NCBI GenBank assembly: GCA_963555985.3
Contig: OY820591.1
Span: 1,312,001 to 1,376,000 of the forward strand
Direction: 5' to 3'
From: Dehalococcoidia bacterium
GTDB lineage: Bacteria > Chloroflexota > Dehalococcoidia > Bin125
DNA length: 64,000 nucleotides
Shown here: positions 39,023 through 47,580 of the stretch, one piece after another
Layout of the letters: every line of letters begins with the position of its first letter
Numbering within the stretch: the stretch's first letter is position 1
The notes under the pieces: model-generated
Seen by the model: the letters and a program-made list of their open reading frames with translations, nothing else
The model's database searches: none
What the model was told of the DNA's origin: nothing
Program-made: the position numbers and the translations under genes

Positions 39023-39619
39023 TCAGCGCGCGCGCTCAATCACCGCGCCGAGCGACGCAAGCCGCGCGAGCGCCCGCTCCCCGTCGCCAGGCTCCAACTC
39101 AACGGCCGCTACGGCCGCCGTCGGTACCACCACCTCCAAGCCAAGCCCGATCGCGTCGGCAGCCGTCTCGACCACGCAGTAGTCCGTCGCCAACCCGATC
39201 ACGACGACTCGCTCGATGCCCCGATCAGCCAGCAGCCCGGCTAGCTCCGTGCGACGTTGCTCCCCGCTCTTGGGATCGCGCGTGGTGAACCCGGAGTACC
39301 CATCAGCGCCGTCGACGCCCTTGCGAATCACGGGTCCATCGGCTCGAACCAAGTCCGCGTGAAGCTCCCCGCCCCAGCTCCCGCCCACGCAGTGCACCGG
39401 CCAGAGGCCGCCCTCCGTCACGAAGTGAGGCGTCCGCTCAGGGTGCCAATCCTGCGTGTAGACCACGAGCGAACCGGACTCGCGGGCCGCGCCGATCTCC
39501 CGGTTCGCCGCCTCGATCACGCCCTCCGCCCCGCCCACATAGAGCGAGCCGTCCGGATCGGCGAAGTCGTTCTGAATGTCAACGACGATCAGCGCAGTCT
39601 GGGAGTCGTAGTCCGGCAC
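39023..39619 (-). CDS. pncA: Nicotinamidase
   Basis: VDIQNDF, TQDWHP, WPVHCV, RKG, GLATDYCV; start may be 39640. Confidence 0.93.
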   Translation of the reverse strand: MPDYDSQTALIVVDIQNDFADPDGSLYVGGAEGVIEAANREIGAARESGSLVVYTQDWHPERTPHFVTEGGLWPVHCVGGSWGGELHADLVRADGPVIRKGVDGADGYSGFTTRDPKSGEQRRTELAGLLADRGIERVVVIGLATDYCVVETAADAIGLGLEVVVPTAAVAAVELEPGDGERALARLASLGAVIERAR

Positions 39620-39670
39620 ACGGCGAAGATAGAGCAACATGATCGGGCGTTGGGCGATGGGGATAGGCGT

Positions 39671-39744
39671 TGGAGGCGACGACCGGATTCGAACCGGTGA
39701 TCAGGGTTTTGCAGACCCGTGCCTTACCACTTGGCTACGTCGCC
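39671..39744 (-). tRNA. tRNA-Cys(GCA)
   Basis: Cloverleaf, anticodon loop CTGCAAA, GTTCGAAT, encoded CCA. Confidence 0.97.
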
Positions 39745-39787
39745 TGAAACAGAACCCGCCGCAGGCGGCGGGTGCGCTGGAGGAGGA

Positions 39788-39862
39788 TGGAGCGGAAGAC
39801 GGGATTTGAACCCGCGACCTTCTCCTTGGCAAGGAGACGCGCTACCGCTGCGCCACTTCCGC
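39788..39862 (-). tRNA. tRNA-Gly(GCC)
   Basis: Anticodon loop TTGCCAA, GTTCAAAT, encoded CCA. Confidence 0.97.
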
Positions 39863-39893
39863 TCGTGGATCGCCCTCAGCGTAGGCCGGCTGG

Positions 39894-39981
39894 TGGTGCC
39901 GAGGAAGAGATTCGAACTCTTACGCTCGTAACGAGCACAGCGCCCTCAACGCTGCGTGTCTACCAATTCCACCACCTCGGC
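39894..39981 (-). tRNA. tRNA-Leu(GAG)
   Basis: Anticodon loop TTGAGGG, long variable arm, encoded CCA. Confidence 0.96.
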
Positions 39982-39999
39982 ACGAGGCCCATATGCGGC

Positions 40000-40076
40000 T
40001 GGCAGGAGTGGAGGGACTCGAACCCCCGACCTACGGTTTTGGAGACCGTTGCTCTCCCAAACTGAGCTACACTCCT
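40000..40076 (-). tRNA. tRNA-Trp(CCA)
   Basis: Anticodon loop CTCCAAA, GTTCGAGT, encoded CCA. Confidence 0.97.
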
Positions 40077-40145
40077 CCCTCCCCAGAGCATAGCAGGATC
40101 GCCGAATCTCGCGGCAACGCGGCGATCGCTCGGAACAGTCCGCGC

Positions 40146-40859
40146 TCACCCCAGCGCAGCCCGGATCCGCTCGGGAAAGTCACCTGCAATTCCCGTCACG
40201 CCAAGCCCCGCCAGACGCGAAATCTCGCTTGGTTCGTTCACCGTCCAGGTGAACACAGCCAGACCGTGGGCGCGGCAGGCATCCACTTCCGCAGCCGTCA
40301 CCGCGCGATAGTGCATCGACAGACCGTCCAGCCGATACTCGGCGACCGCCTGCCAGATCTCCTTCGTCGGCGCGCCGCAGAGGTGCGCAATTCGCCGACC
40401 CACCGGCGCGCGCTCCGACAGCACTCGCACCGCGTTCGTGTCGAAGCTCCACAACCAGACCCATGGCAGCGCATCGCTCCGCGCTATCTCCGCCAGCACC
40501 GCATCGCAGAGCGCTTCAACGTCGTCCCCCGGACTGGTCTTGAGTTCAATCACCAGGAGCATCTGTCCGGCAATCATCTCCAACGTCTCGCGCAGTGTCG
40601 GGATCGATTCGCCGTCGCCTGCATCGATTTGACGCAGGTCTTCCAACGATGCCGCCGCAACCGGGCCGCTCGCATCCGTCGTGCGCTCCAGCATTTCGTC
40701 ATGGATCAAGACCGGAACGCCGTCCGCGCACAAGCGGACATCGATCTCCACGCCGTCGCAGCCCAGCTCCAGCGCACGCCGGACACCCAGCAGCGTGTTT
40801 TCCGGCGCATGACCCATCGTCGCCCGGTGCGCGATCACAAGCGGGTTATCGTGAGGCAT
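40146..40859 (-). CDS. Glycerophosphodiester phosphodiesterase
   Basis: IAHRA..APENT, EIDV, IHD, IELK, WTVN. Confidence 0.93.
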   Translation of the reverse strand: MPHDNPLVIAHRATMGHAPENTLLGVRRALELGCDGVEIDVRLCADGVPVLIHDEMLERTTDASGPVAAASLEDLRQIDAGDGESIPTLRETLEMIAGQMLLVIELKTSPGDDVEALCDAVLAEIARSDALPWVWLWSFDTNAVRVLSERAPVGRRIAHLCGAPTKEIWQAVAEYRLDGLSMHYRAVTAAEVDACRAHGLAVFTWTVNEPSEISRLAGLGVTGIAGDFPERIRAALG

Positions 40860-40905
40860 CGAATCGAATTTCCCCAACTTCGAGCCGACGGCGAAGAGGA
40901 TTGCC

Positions 40906-41724
40906 GTGCGCGAGCAGGATATCGCCCAGGCCTTCAACGCCAGCGGCGCCGCTTACGCCGAGACCGCGCCGGATCTCATCCAGATCGCCACGAGCGCCCT
41001 GATGGAGCGGCTCTCGCTCACGCCCGGTGATCTGTTCGTGGATCTCGGCTGCGGCCCCGGCTCGCTGATCGCGGCGGCCGAACCGCAGCTCAAGCGCGGC
41101 GGCGCGATCGGCATCGACCTCTCCCGCGTGCAGATCGAGTTGGCGCGAGAGCGCTTCCGCGATTCGCCCGTGCGCCCGCGCTTCTTGCAGCAAAGCGCCC
41201 TTGAGGCCTCGCTGCCCAGCCGCAGCGCTGCCGCGGTTGGGCTGGGATTCACCTTGCCCTACGCCGAATCACCCTTGCAACTCCTGCGCGAAGCAACCCG
41301 CCTCACTCGCGTCGGAGGCCGCGTCGCCGCGACCGTGATCGGCTCACCCTTCTTCGGCGCTCCCGGCACGCGCCTGCTCGGTGTCATGGAGCGCCGCAGC
41401 GTCGCCCCGCCCGACGTCGAGCTGCAATTCGACCCGCGCAACTTCGTCCAGCTCGCCCTCCGCAGCGAAGTCGAAGACGCGCGCCTCGACGAGGTCGTAA
41501 TCGAGGAGATCGAACGCGAGCTCTGGTGGGACGACTTCGACGCCTGGTGGCGGATGCTCGGTGCTTGGGCCTTTTTGCCTCGGGGACGCCCGATCATGCT
41601 CCGTGCCATCCGCGACGAGTTGCGCGAGGACGACCGTGTAGTCGATCCCGATGGCGTCGTGCGCTGTCGAATCAAGCTCTGGCTGCTCTCGGCCACAGTC
41701 GGTGAGGGAGACCCATGGGTGTAA
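40906..41724 (+). CDS. Class I SAM-dependent methyltransferase
   Basis: VDLGCGPG, GIDLS. Confidence 0.85.
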   Translation: MREQDIAQAFNASGAAYAETAPDLIQIATSALMERLSLTPGDLFVDLGCGPGSLIAAAEPQLKRGGAIGIDLSRVQIELARERFRDSPVRPRFLQQSALEASLPSRSAAAVGLGFTLPYAESPLQLLREATRLTRVGGRVAATVIGSPFFGAPGTRLLGVMERRSVAPPDVELQFDPRNFVQLALRSEVEDARLDEVVIEEIERELWWDDFDAWWRMLGAWAFLPRGRPIMLRAIRDELREDDRVVDPDGVVRCRIKLWLLSATVGEGDPWV

Positions 41725-42737
41725 CAGACAACCCCGGCAAGCGCCGAATCTCGGTCAATCTCCCCTGGAATCCCGATTTCGTCGAGACCTTCCTGCACCG
41801 CGCGCGGCTCGCCGACGAGATCGGCATCGACACGATCTCCGTAATCGAGGGCTACGGACACGACGCCTTCACCGGCCTCGCCCTACTCGCCCGCGAGACG
41901 CAGCGAGCGCGCCTCGCATCGGCGATCGTGAACGTCTTCTCGCGCACGCCCGCGACACTCGCGCAGAGCTTCGGCACCGTCGATCAGCTCTCCGGCGGAC
42001 GAGTCGTGATCGGACTTGGCGCGAGCGCACCGGGAGCGATCGAGCGCTTCCACGGCGTCAAGTTCGAGCGCCCCTTCGCGCGCCTGCGCGAGGCCATCGA
42101 ACTGATCCGCCTCTACTGGTCGCGTCGGCGCTTCGACTACGACGGCCCCACGATCCACGTAGAGCGCTCGCTGGTCACCGGCGTTGTCCCCGCTCAAGCA
42201 ACGCCGCCGATCCACGTCGCGTCGTTGCATCCCCGCTCGGTACGCCTCACCGCCGAACTCGCCGACGGCTGGATGCCCACCTGGATTCCCAATGACCGCA
42301 CTCCCGCAGCCGTCACCCAAATCCGCGACTGGACGGCCGAAGCCGGACGTGACCGCACTGCCGTTGAGGTCCGATCGCCCGGTACGGCGCTTGTGGTTGC
42401 AGATTCCGAGCGGCTGGCGCAGATCGAGCGCGAGTTCGCGCAAGGTCTCGCCTTCTTCGCCGTCCGCAACGGGCCGGGCTACTTCCATCAATTCGAGCGT
42501 CAGGGCTTCGCCGACGAAGTTGCCGCCATGCGCGACGCTTGGGCCGACGGCGGAGCGGGAGCCGCAGCTGAGATCGCGCTGGGGTTCGCCCATCGCTTCT
42601 CCGTTCGCGGCGATCTCGCCACCTGCGCCGCACATCTCGATGCGCAGGCGGCGGCAGGCGTCGATCTGCACCAGGTCTCCGTCGACACGAACGACGATCA
42701 AGCCTGGGCCGACGCGCTTGCCCGACTTGTGGGGTAA
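41715..42737 (+). CDS. LLM-class (possibly F420-dependent) oxidoreductase
   Basis: EGYGHDAF, IVNVFSRTPATLA, LSGGRVVIGLG, ADGW. Confidence 0.9.
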   Translation: MGVTDNPGKRRISVNLPWNPDFVETFLHRARLADEIGIDTISVIEGYGHDAFTGLALLARETQRARLASAIVNVFSRTPATLAQSFGTVDQLSGGRVVIGLGASAPGAIERFHGVKFERPFARLREAIELIRLYWSRRRFDYDGPTIHVERSLVTGVVPAQATPPIHVASLHPRSVRLTAELADGWMPTWIPNDRTPAAVTQIRDWTAEAGRDRTAVEVRSPGTALVVADSERLAQIEREFAQGLAFFAVRNGPGYFHQFERQGFADEVAAMRDAWADGGAGAAAEIALGFAHRFSVRGDLATCAAHLDAQAAAGVDLHQVSVDTNDDQAWADALARLVG

Positions 42738-42790
42738 CGTCATACACGCCCAGACGAAACGATCGCCCACTCGCACGAGAGGAACACCCT

Positions 42791-43321
42791 ATGGCCGACC
42801 TGACCGGAGCTCAGATCCTCGCCCTCTTCACCGACCGCGTACTGCGCTGGACCGCGCAAGGCATGGAAGACCTCACCCAGGAAGAAGTCCATTTCCGCAC
42901 TCACACCGACCAGAACTGCATTGGCTTTGAGGCCTGGCACATCGCCCGCACCGCCGACAACTTGATCCACTTCGCCTTCGAGCGCGAGCAGCCAATCTGG
43001 ATGCAGAAGAACATGCACGAGACCTGGGGTCTGCCCAAGGTCGACCAGGGCACCGGCACATCGTTTGACGAGGTCTCCAGCTGGGTCTTCCCCGAAGGCA
43101 AGGAGATCGCCGCCTATCTCAACGATGTCGCGGACGTGATCGTGCCTCGAATCGAAGGCATGAGCGACGACTACCTCCAGTCCATCACCCGCATCGTCCC
43201 CCAGGGCGAACTCCCCAAGTGGCAGATCATCGGCCAGGTGATCATCAACCACTCCAACAACCACCTCGGCCAGATCAACGTCGGCCGCACCATGCAAGGC
43301 AAGGACGGCCTCGGCTTCTAG
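42791..43321 (+). CDS. DinB family protein
   Basis: N.IG..WHIAR..D and H..H.GQI metal-binding motif. Confidence 0.88.
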   Translation: MADLTGAQILALFTDRVLRWTAQGMEDLTQEEVHFRTHTDQNCIGFEAWHIARTADNLIHFAFEREQPIWMQKNMHETWGLPKVDQGTGTSFDEVSSWVFPEGKEIAAYLNDVADVIVPRIEGMSDDYLQSITRIVPQGELPKWQIIGQVIINHSNNHLGQINVGRTMQGKDGLGF

Positions 43322-43384
43322 GGGCGCGGCGGACCATTCTGCTCTCTACTTCCTTCTCTGTGGGAGGTGCCGCTCCCTTCCCGT

Positions 43385-43620
43385 TCTCCCCCCAGCGGAG
43401 ACTGATGCATAACTCCCTCCGCCGTCATTCCCGCAAACGGAGGCCTTTGCAAAACTCCCATTTCCGTCATTCCCGCGAACGGAGGCCTTTGCAAAACCCC
43501 TATATCCGTCATTCCCGCGAACGCGGGAATCCATGCGGCGCCTCGAGTGGCATATGAATTCCCATCTGCGAGGGAATGACGAGCTCAGCCGATCGCGGGT
43601 TATGCATCTCCCCCCAGCGG
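43385..43620. mobile_element. Composite MITE/REP-like element
   Basis: Left end GAGACTGATGCATAAC, two GAGGCCTTTGCAAAA units, inverted palindrome pair, truncated right end GTTATGCAT; 14-bp direct repeat TCTCCCCCCAGCGG on both sides. Confidence 0.8.
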
Positions 43621-43653
43621 GGAGAGATACCCACGAGCACTACGGAGGCTCCC

Positions 43654-44979
43654 GTGCCCCAATCCGCCGGCGTCCACCTCATCAACCCGATCTCCCTCAC
43701 CGAGCAGCTCGCCGCGACTCGCTCCGGCGCTCTGTCCCTAGACGAGCTGATCGAACAGGCACTGCGGCGTCTCGATCAAGTGAACCCGCTCGTTCGCGCG
43801 ATGTTGCCCGACATCCGCCAGCGCGAACGCCTCGCCTCCGAAGCCCGAACCATCTCCGAGCGCTGGCCCGATCCGGACGACCGCCCGCCCCTCTACGGCG
43901 CGCTCGTCGCCGTCAAAGACATCTTCAACGTCGACCGGATGCCGACCCGCGCCGGATCAGCCGTCCCGCCTGAGTCCTTCAGCGGCCGCGAAGCCGATGT
44001 CGTCGCCCGCCTGCGCGACGCCGGAGCGCTCGTACTCGGCAAAGCGGTCACGACCGAGTTCGCCTACTTCGCCTCCGGCGCAACTGCCAATCCCCACAAC
44101 CGCGACCACACCCCCGGAGGCTCCAGCAGCGGTTCCGCCGCCGCGATCGCCGCCGGCATCGCCCCGTTGGCGTTGGGCTCCCAGACCGTCGGTTCCGTCG
44201 TCCGCCCAGCCTCCTTCTGCGGCGTCATCGGCTTCAAGCCCTCCTACGACCGCATTCCCACGGGTGGGACGCTCTACTATTCGCCATCGGTCGATACGAT
44301 CGGCTACTTCGTCAGTTCGGCTGCCGATGCCGCCCTGGTCGCGCCGTCGCTGCTCCTCGGCTGGCGCGAGGGTGAGGATGCAGAAGCCCCGGCGCCGCGA
44401 ATCGGAGTCCCCACAGGCGCGTTCCTGGATCAGGCCGGCTCCGAGATGCACAGCGCTCTAGACGCCGCCGCTGACCGGCTGCGTGATGCCGGCATGACCG
44501 TCGAACCTGCGCCGACCCTTCACGACATTGCCGACATCAATACCCGACACCGCAATCTCACCACCTACGAGTTCGCCGAAACCCACCACGAGCGCTACGC
44601 CAAGTACGGCGCGATGTTCCGCCCGGAGAGTGCGCAACTGTACGAAGCGGGATTAGCCATCGCAGCCGAGGATGCCGAAGCAGGACGCGCCAGCCGAATC
44701 GCTCTCCGCCAGCGTCTGCACGAACGCATGGATCGCGCTGGGATCGACGCCTGGCTTGCCCCCTCCGCCGTCGGCCCTGCCCCCGACAGCCTGCGCACCA
44801 CCGGCGATCCCGCCATGAACCTGCCCTGGACTCACGCCGGGATGCCCGTGATCTCGCTCCCGTTCGGCGATGTCGACGGCCTTCCGCTCGGCCTCTCGCT
44901 GGTCGGCCGCTTCGGCCACGACGAGACCTTGCTGGGTCAGGCCGCGATGGTTGAGTCAGCCTTGGCCGCTGACAGGTGA
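43654..44979 (+). CDS. Amidase-signature family amidase
   Basis: [31 protein letters not shown]. Confidence 0.95.
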   Translation: MPQSAGVHLINPISLTEQLAATRSGALSLDELIEQALRRLDQVNPLVRAMLPDIRQRERLASEARTISERWPDPDDRPPLYGALVAVKDIFNVDRMPTRAGSAVPPESFSGREADVVARLRDAGALVLGKAVTTEFAYFASGATANPHNRDHTPGGSSSGSAAAIAAGIAPLALGSQTVGSVVRPASFCGVIGFKPSYDRIPTGGTLYYSPSVDTIGYFVSSAADAALVAPSLLLGWREGEDAEAPAPRIGVPTGAFLDQAGSEMHSALDAAADRLRDAGMTVEPAPTLHDIADINTRHRNLTTYEFAETHHERYAKYGAMFRPESAQLYEAGLAIAAEDAEAGRASRIALRQRLHERMDRAGIDAWLAPSAVGPAPDSLRTTGDPAMNLPWTHAGMPVISLPFGDVDGLPLGLSLVGRFGHDETLLGQAAMVESALAADR

Positions 44980-45082
44980 CCGCAACGGACAATTCAGCAT
45001 TCGCATCAACGACCAGTACCGCATCTGCTTCGTCTGGACCGATGCTGGTCCCCACCAAGTCGAGATCACTGACTATCACTAG
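44969..45082 (+). pseudogene. higB: HigB toxin, C-terminal fragment only
   Basis: [30 protein letters not shown]; no N-terminal half or start. Confidence 0.88.
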
Positions 45083-45083
45083 A

Positions 45084-45441
45084 AGAGACTGATGCATAAC
45101 TCCCGCCGCCGCCATTCCCGCGTTCGGAGGCCTTTGCAAAATCTCCATCTCCGTCATTCCCGCGCAGGGAGGCCGTTGCAAAACTCCCATTTCCGTCATT
45201 CCCGCGCAGGGAGGCCTTTGCAGAACCCCCATATCCGTCATTCCCGCGCACGCGGGAATCCATGCGGCGTATCGAGCGAGACGTGGATTCTCACGTTCGC
45301 AAGAATGACGAAACGCTCAGATCGAGGATTCTGCAAAGGCCTCCGTTCGCGGGAATCCAGTCTCCCTATCTGCTCAGCACTGGGTGCCTCGTTGAGTCGG
45401 AATGGCGGAAATGCGGCATCATGGGTTATGCATTGGTCTCT
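45084..45441. mobile_element. Nested MITE: outer element with 17-bp TIR, inner element 45127-45343
   Basis: Outer AGAGACTGATGCATAAC / GTTATGCATTGGTCTCT with AGA duplication; inner GAGGCCTTTGCA / TGCAAAGGCCTC with CGTTCG duplication. Confidence 0.88.
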
Positions 45442-45457
45442 AGAAAGGAGAGCAGAA

Positions 45458-45772
45458 ATGGTGCGCATTCCGACCAGCCGAGAGCCGACTCACCCGGGTT
45501 CGATGCTGCTGTACGAGTTCCTGCAGCCCATGGAGTTGACCCAGCGCGAGTTGGCCACTGCGATCCACGTGCCATTTCAGCGCGTGAACGAGGTGGTTCG
45601 GGGCAGACGCGGCATAACGCCGAGTACGGCGCTGCGGCTCGCTAGGTACTTCGGCACGACTCCCGACTTTTGGATGAATCTCCAATTGCGCTGGGACCTC
45701 TATCACGCGCAGCAGGCCGAAGCAGCAGAAATCGAGACCATCCAGCCATTGCAACCCGTGAACGCCAGATGA
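45458..45772 (+). CDS. higA: HigA family antitoxin
   Basis: PTHPG, LTQRELA, RGITPSTALRLARYFGTTPDFWMNLQ; AAGGAG RBS. Confidence 0.95.
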   Translation: MVRIPTSREPTHPGSMLLYEFLQPMELTQRELATAIHVPFQRVNEVVRGRRGITPSTALRLARYFGTTPDFWMNLQLRWDLYHAQQAEAAEIETIQPLQPVNAR

Positions 45773-45861
45773 GCCTCTCCCTGGCTGGCTGCTTCGGCCA
45801 CGACGAGACCTTATTGGGGCAGGCCGTGATGGTTGAGAAAGCTCTGGCGACTGAGCAATAG
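45773..45861 (+). repeat. Diverged second copy of the amidase 3' end
   Basis: [25 protein letters not shown] vs [25 protein letters not shown] at 44891-44979. Confidence 0.9.
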
Positions 45862-46016
45862 CGACACGCCCGCAGAGACTCGACCTGCTCTTCGGCTGGT
45901 GCGCCCTCATGAGCGGACTTCCACATTCCCAACGACAGAGATGCCGTCTGTTCGGGCGGTAGCCTGCCGATGGCCGCATCCACCCATCTTGAGGCCTGAA
46001 ACCCGAACGCTTTCCG

Positions 46017-47081
46017 ATGAGGACTCTCAACACACTCCGCGGCGTCTTCGTTGGGTTGATTGCCTTTGCGGCCGCGCAAGTACTCTCGCTGCTTCCTCAA
46101 GAGTTCACCCTCCGTCTGCTGGAACGGAACCTTGCCAGACGCCGGACACGTGATGCTCTGGCTGAGCGGCCGGACGGCATCCACGTCCTGCTCTGCGGGG
46201 CCGGCGGCCCGCTCACGGACATCAAGCGTTCCGGCCCCTGCGTGGCCGTCCAGGCCGGAGCGCACCTGTATGTGATCGACGCCGGCACCAATGGCGCGCG
46301 CAACCTGGGACGGTTCTCGGTCAATCCGGGACGAGTCGAGGCGGTCTTCCTGACCCACGCGCACTCGGATCACATTGACGGCCTGGGCGAACTCGGCATG
46401 TTGCGCTGGATCGGCAGCGGCAGCGAGCGACCGCTGCCCGTTCATGGCCCGCCGCCGGTCAGCGCTGTCGCCGCCGGTTTCAATCAGGCATACGCGGCGG
46501 ACTTCGGCTACCGGACTGCCCACCACGGCTCCGAGATCGCGCCGCCGAGCGGAGCCGGACTGGAGGCCTTGCCGTTCCCGTTGCCGGGCGACGGTGAACT
46601 CCACGCCGTGCTTGAGACCGAGGACGGCGTTCGAGTCAGCGCATTCTCCGTGTCGCACGCGCCCGTCTGCGAGGCCGTGGGCTATCGGATCGACTACCGG
46701 GGACGCTCGATCGTGGTGAGCGGCGACACCGCGTACTCCGCCAATCTGATTCAACATGCGCGCGGCGTCGACCTGCTCGTGCACGATGCGCTAGCGAGCA
46801 GGCTGACCGAGCGGATCGCCGCCGCTGCGGAGTCGGCTGGCAACCGGCGCGCGGCCAAGGTGCTGCGCGACGTGCCCTCGTACCACGCCACTCCGGTGGA
46901 GGCTGCCGAGGCCGCAGCCGCGGCCGGCGCGAAACAGTTGCTGCTCTATCACATCGTCCCGCCGTTGCCGACGTCTGCGCTGGAACGAGTCTTCCTCAGC
47001 GGCGTCGCCGATGTCTACGAGGGCAGAGTCGCCCTCGGTCGAGACGGCACGCTCATTTCGCTGGACGAAGGGTCGCAATAG
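46017..47081 (+). CDS. MBL-fold hydrolase (RNase Z/arylsulfatase-like)
   Basis: THAHSDHIDGL, SGDT, LVHD, YH, LYH; N-terminal hydrophobic segment. Confidence 0.88.
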   Translation: MRTLNTLRGVFVGLIAFAAAQVLSLLPQEFTLRLLERNLARRRTRDALAERPDGIHVLLCGAGGPLTDIKRSGPCVAVQAGAHLYVIDAGTNGARNLGRFSVNPGRVEAVFLTHAHSDHIDGLGELGMLRWIGSGSERPLPVHGPPPVSAVAAGFNQAYAADFGYRTAHHGSEIAPPSGAGLEALPFPLPGDGELHAVLETEDGVRVSAFSVSHAPVCEAVGYRIDYRGRSIVVSGDTAYSANLIQHARGVDLLVHDALASRLTERIAAAAESAGNRRAAKVLRDVPSYHATPVEAAEAAAAAGAKQLLLYHIVPPLPTSALERVFLSGVADVYEGRVALGRDGTLISLDEGSQ

Positions 47082-47114
47082 CGTCCTGGCGGGCCCAACC
47101 AAGCAGTCTCGAAC

Positions 47115-47189
47115 TGGTCCCCCCGGGAGGATTCGAACCTCCGCGCGCGGTTTAGGAAACCGGTGCTCTCTCCCCTGAGCTACGGGGGG
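47115..47189 (-). tRNA. tRNA-Arg(CCT)
   Basis: Anticodon loop TTCCTAA, GTTCGAAT, 7-bp acceptor stem, encoded CCA. Confidence 0.93.
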
Positions 47190-47269
47190 CCGCTCGAATG
47201 TATCAGCGCGGTTGCGTAACCTGCGCCTCAGTCCCTCCTGCCGCGATCCAGCACACCGAGAGTTCTCTC

Positions 47270-47521
47270 ATGCCGCTCTACGAGTACTACTGCCGCGCCT
47301 GCAACGAGAAGTTCACCAAGCTCCGCCCGATGAGCGCCGCCGCCGAACCCTACGACCACGACTGCGGCCAGACCGCCCAGAAAGTCCTCACCGCCGCCGT
47401 CGTCACCGTCGCCGGACAGTTTGCCGAGGCCGAGGCGGCCGAAGCCGCTCCGGTCGGCGGCGGCTGCGCCTGTGGCCGAGGATCGTGCGGCTGCGGCGGC
47501 GGCATGGGCGCGTTGAACTAG
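47270..47521 (+). CDS. FmdB-family zinc-ribbon protein
   Basis: MPLYEYYCRAC..F; Gly/Cys tail GGCACGRGSCGC. Confidence 0.88.
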   Translation: MPLYEYYCRACNEKFTKLRPMSAAAEPYDHDCGQTAQKVLTAAVVTVAGQFAEAEAAEAAPVGGGCACGRGSCGCGGGMGALN

Positions 47522-47580
47522 CACGCTCTCCCGCCCCGCCGGACGCGACTGATTCCTACCCATCGGCGATTGGCTGAACG

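Noticed and set aside
43420-43535. About 42-bp tandem units here and at 45110-45260 and 52356-52466 as a CRISPR array
   Set aside because: The would-be spacers are near-identical element ends, there are only 3-4 units, and no cas genes are present; nested MITE/REP structure explains them
45092-45457. N-terminal extension of HigA (RHSR..RPLQN repeats), and similar ORFs at 43318-43700, 49135-49521 and 52222-52751
   Set aside because: Translations of palindromic repeat DNA; higA has its own RBS and ATG at 45458
47115-47189. tRNA-Arg(CCT) or the tRNA cluster at 39671-40076 as an island attachment site
   Set aside because: No integrase in the window, and I saw no duplicated tRNA 3' end
47270-47521. 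Cys/Gly-rich tail as a RiPP precursor
   Set aside because: Typical of FmdB-family zinc-ribbon proteins; no modifying enzymes nearby
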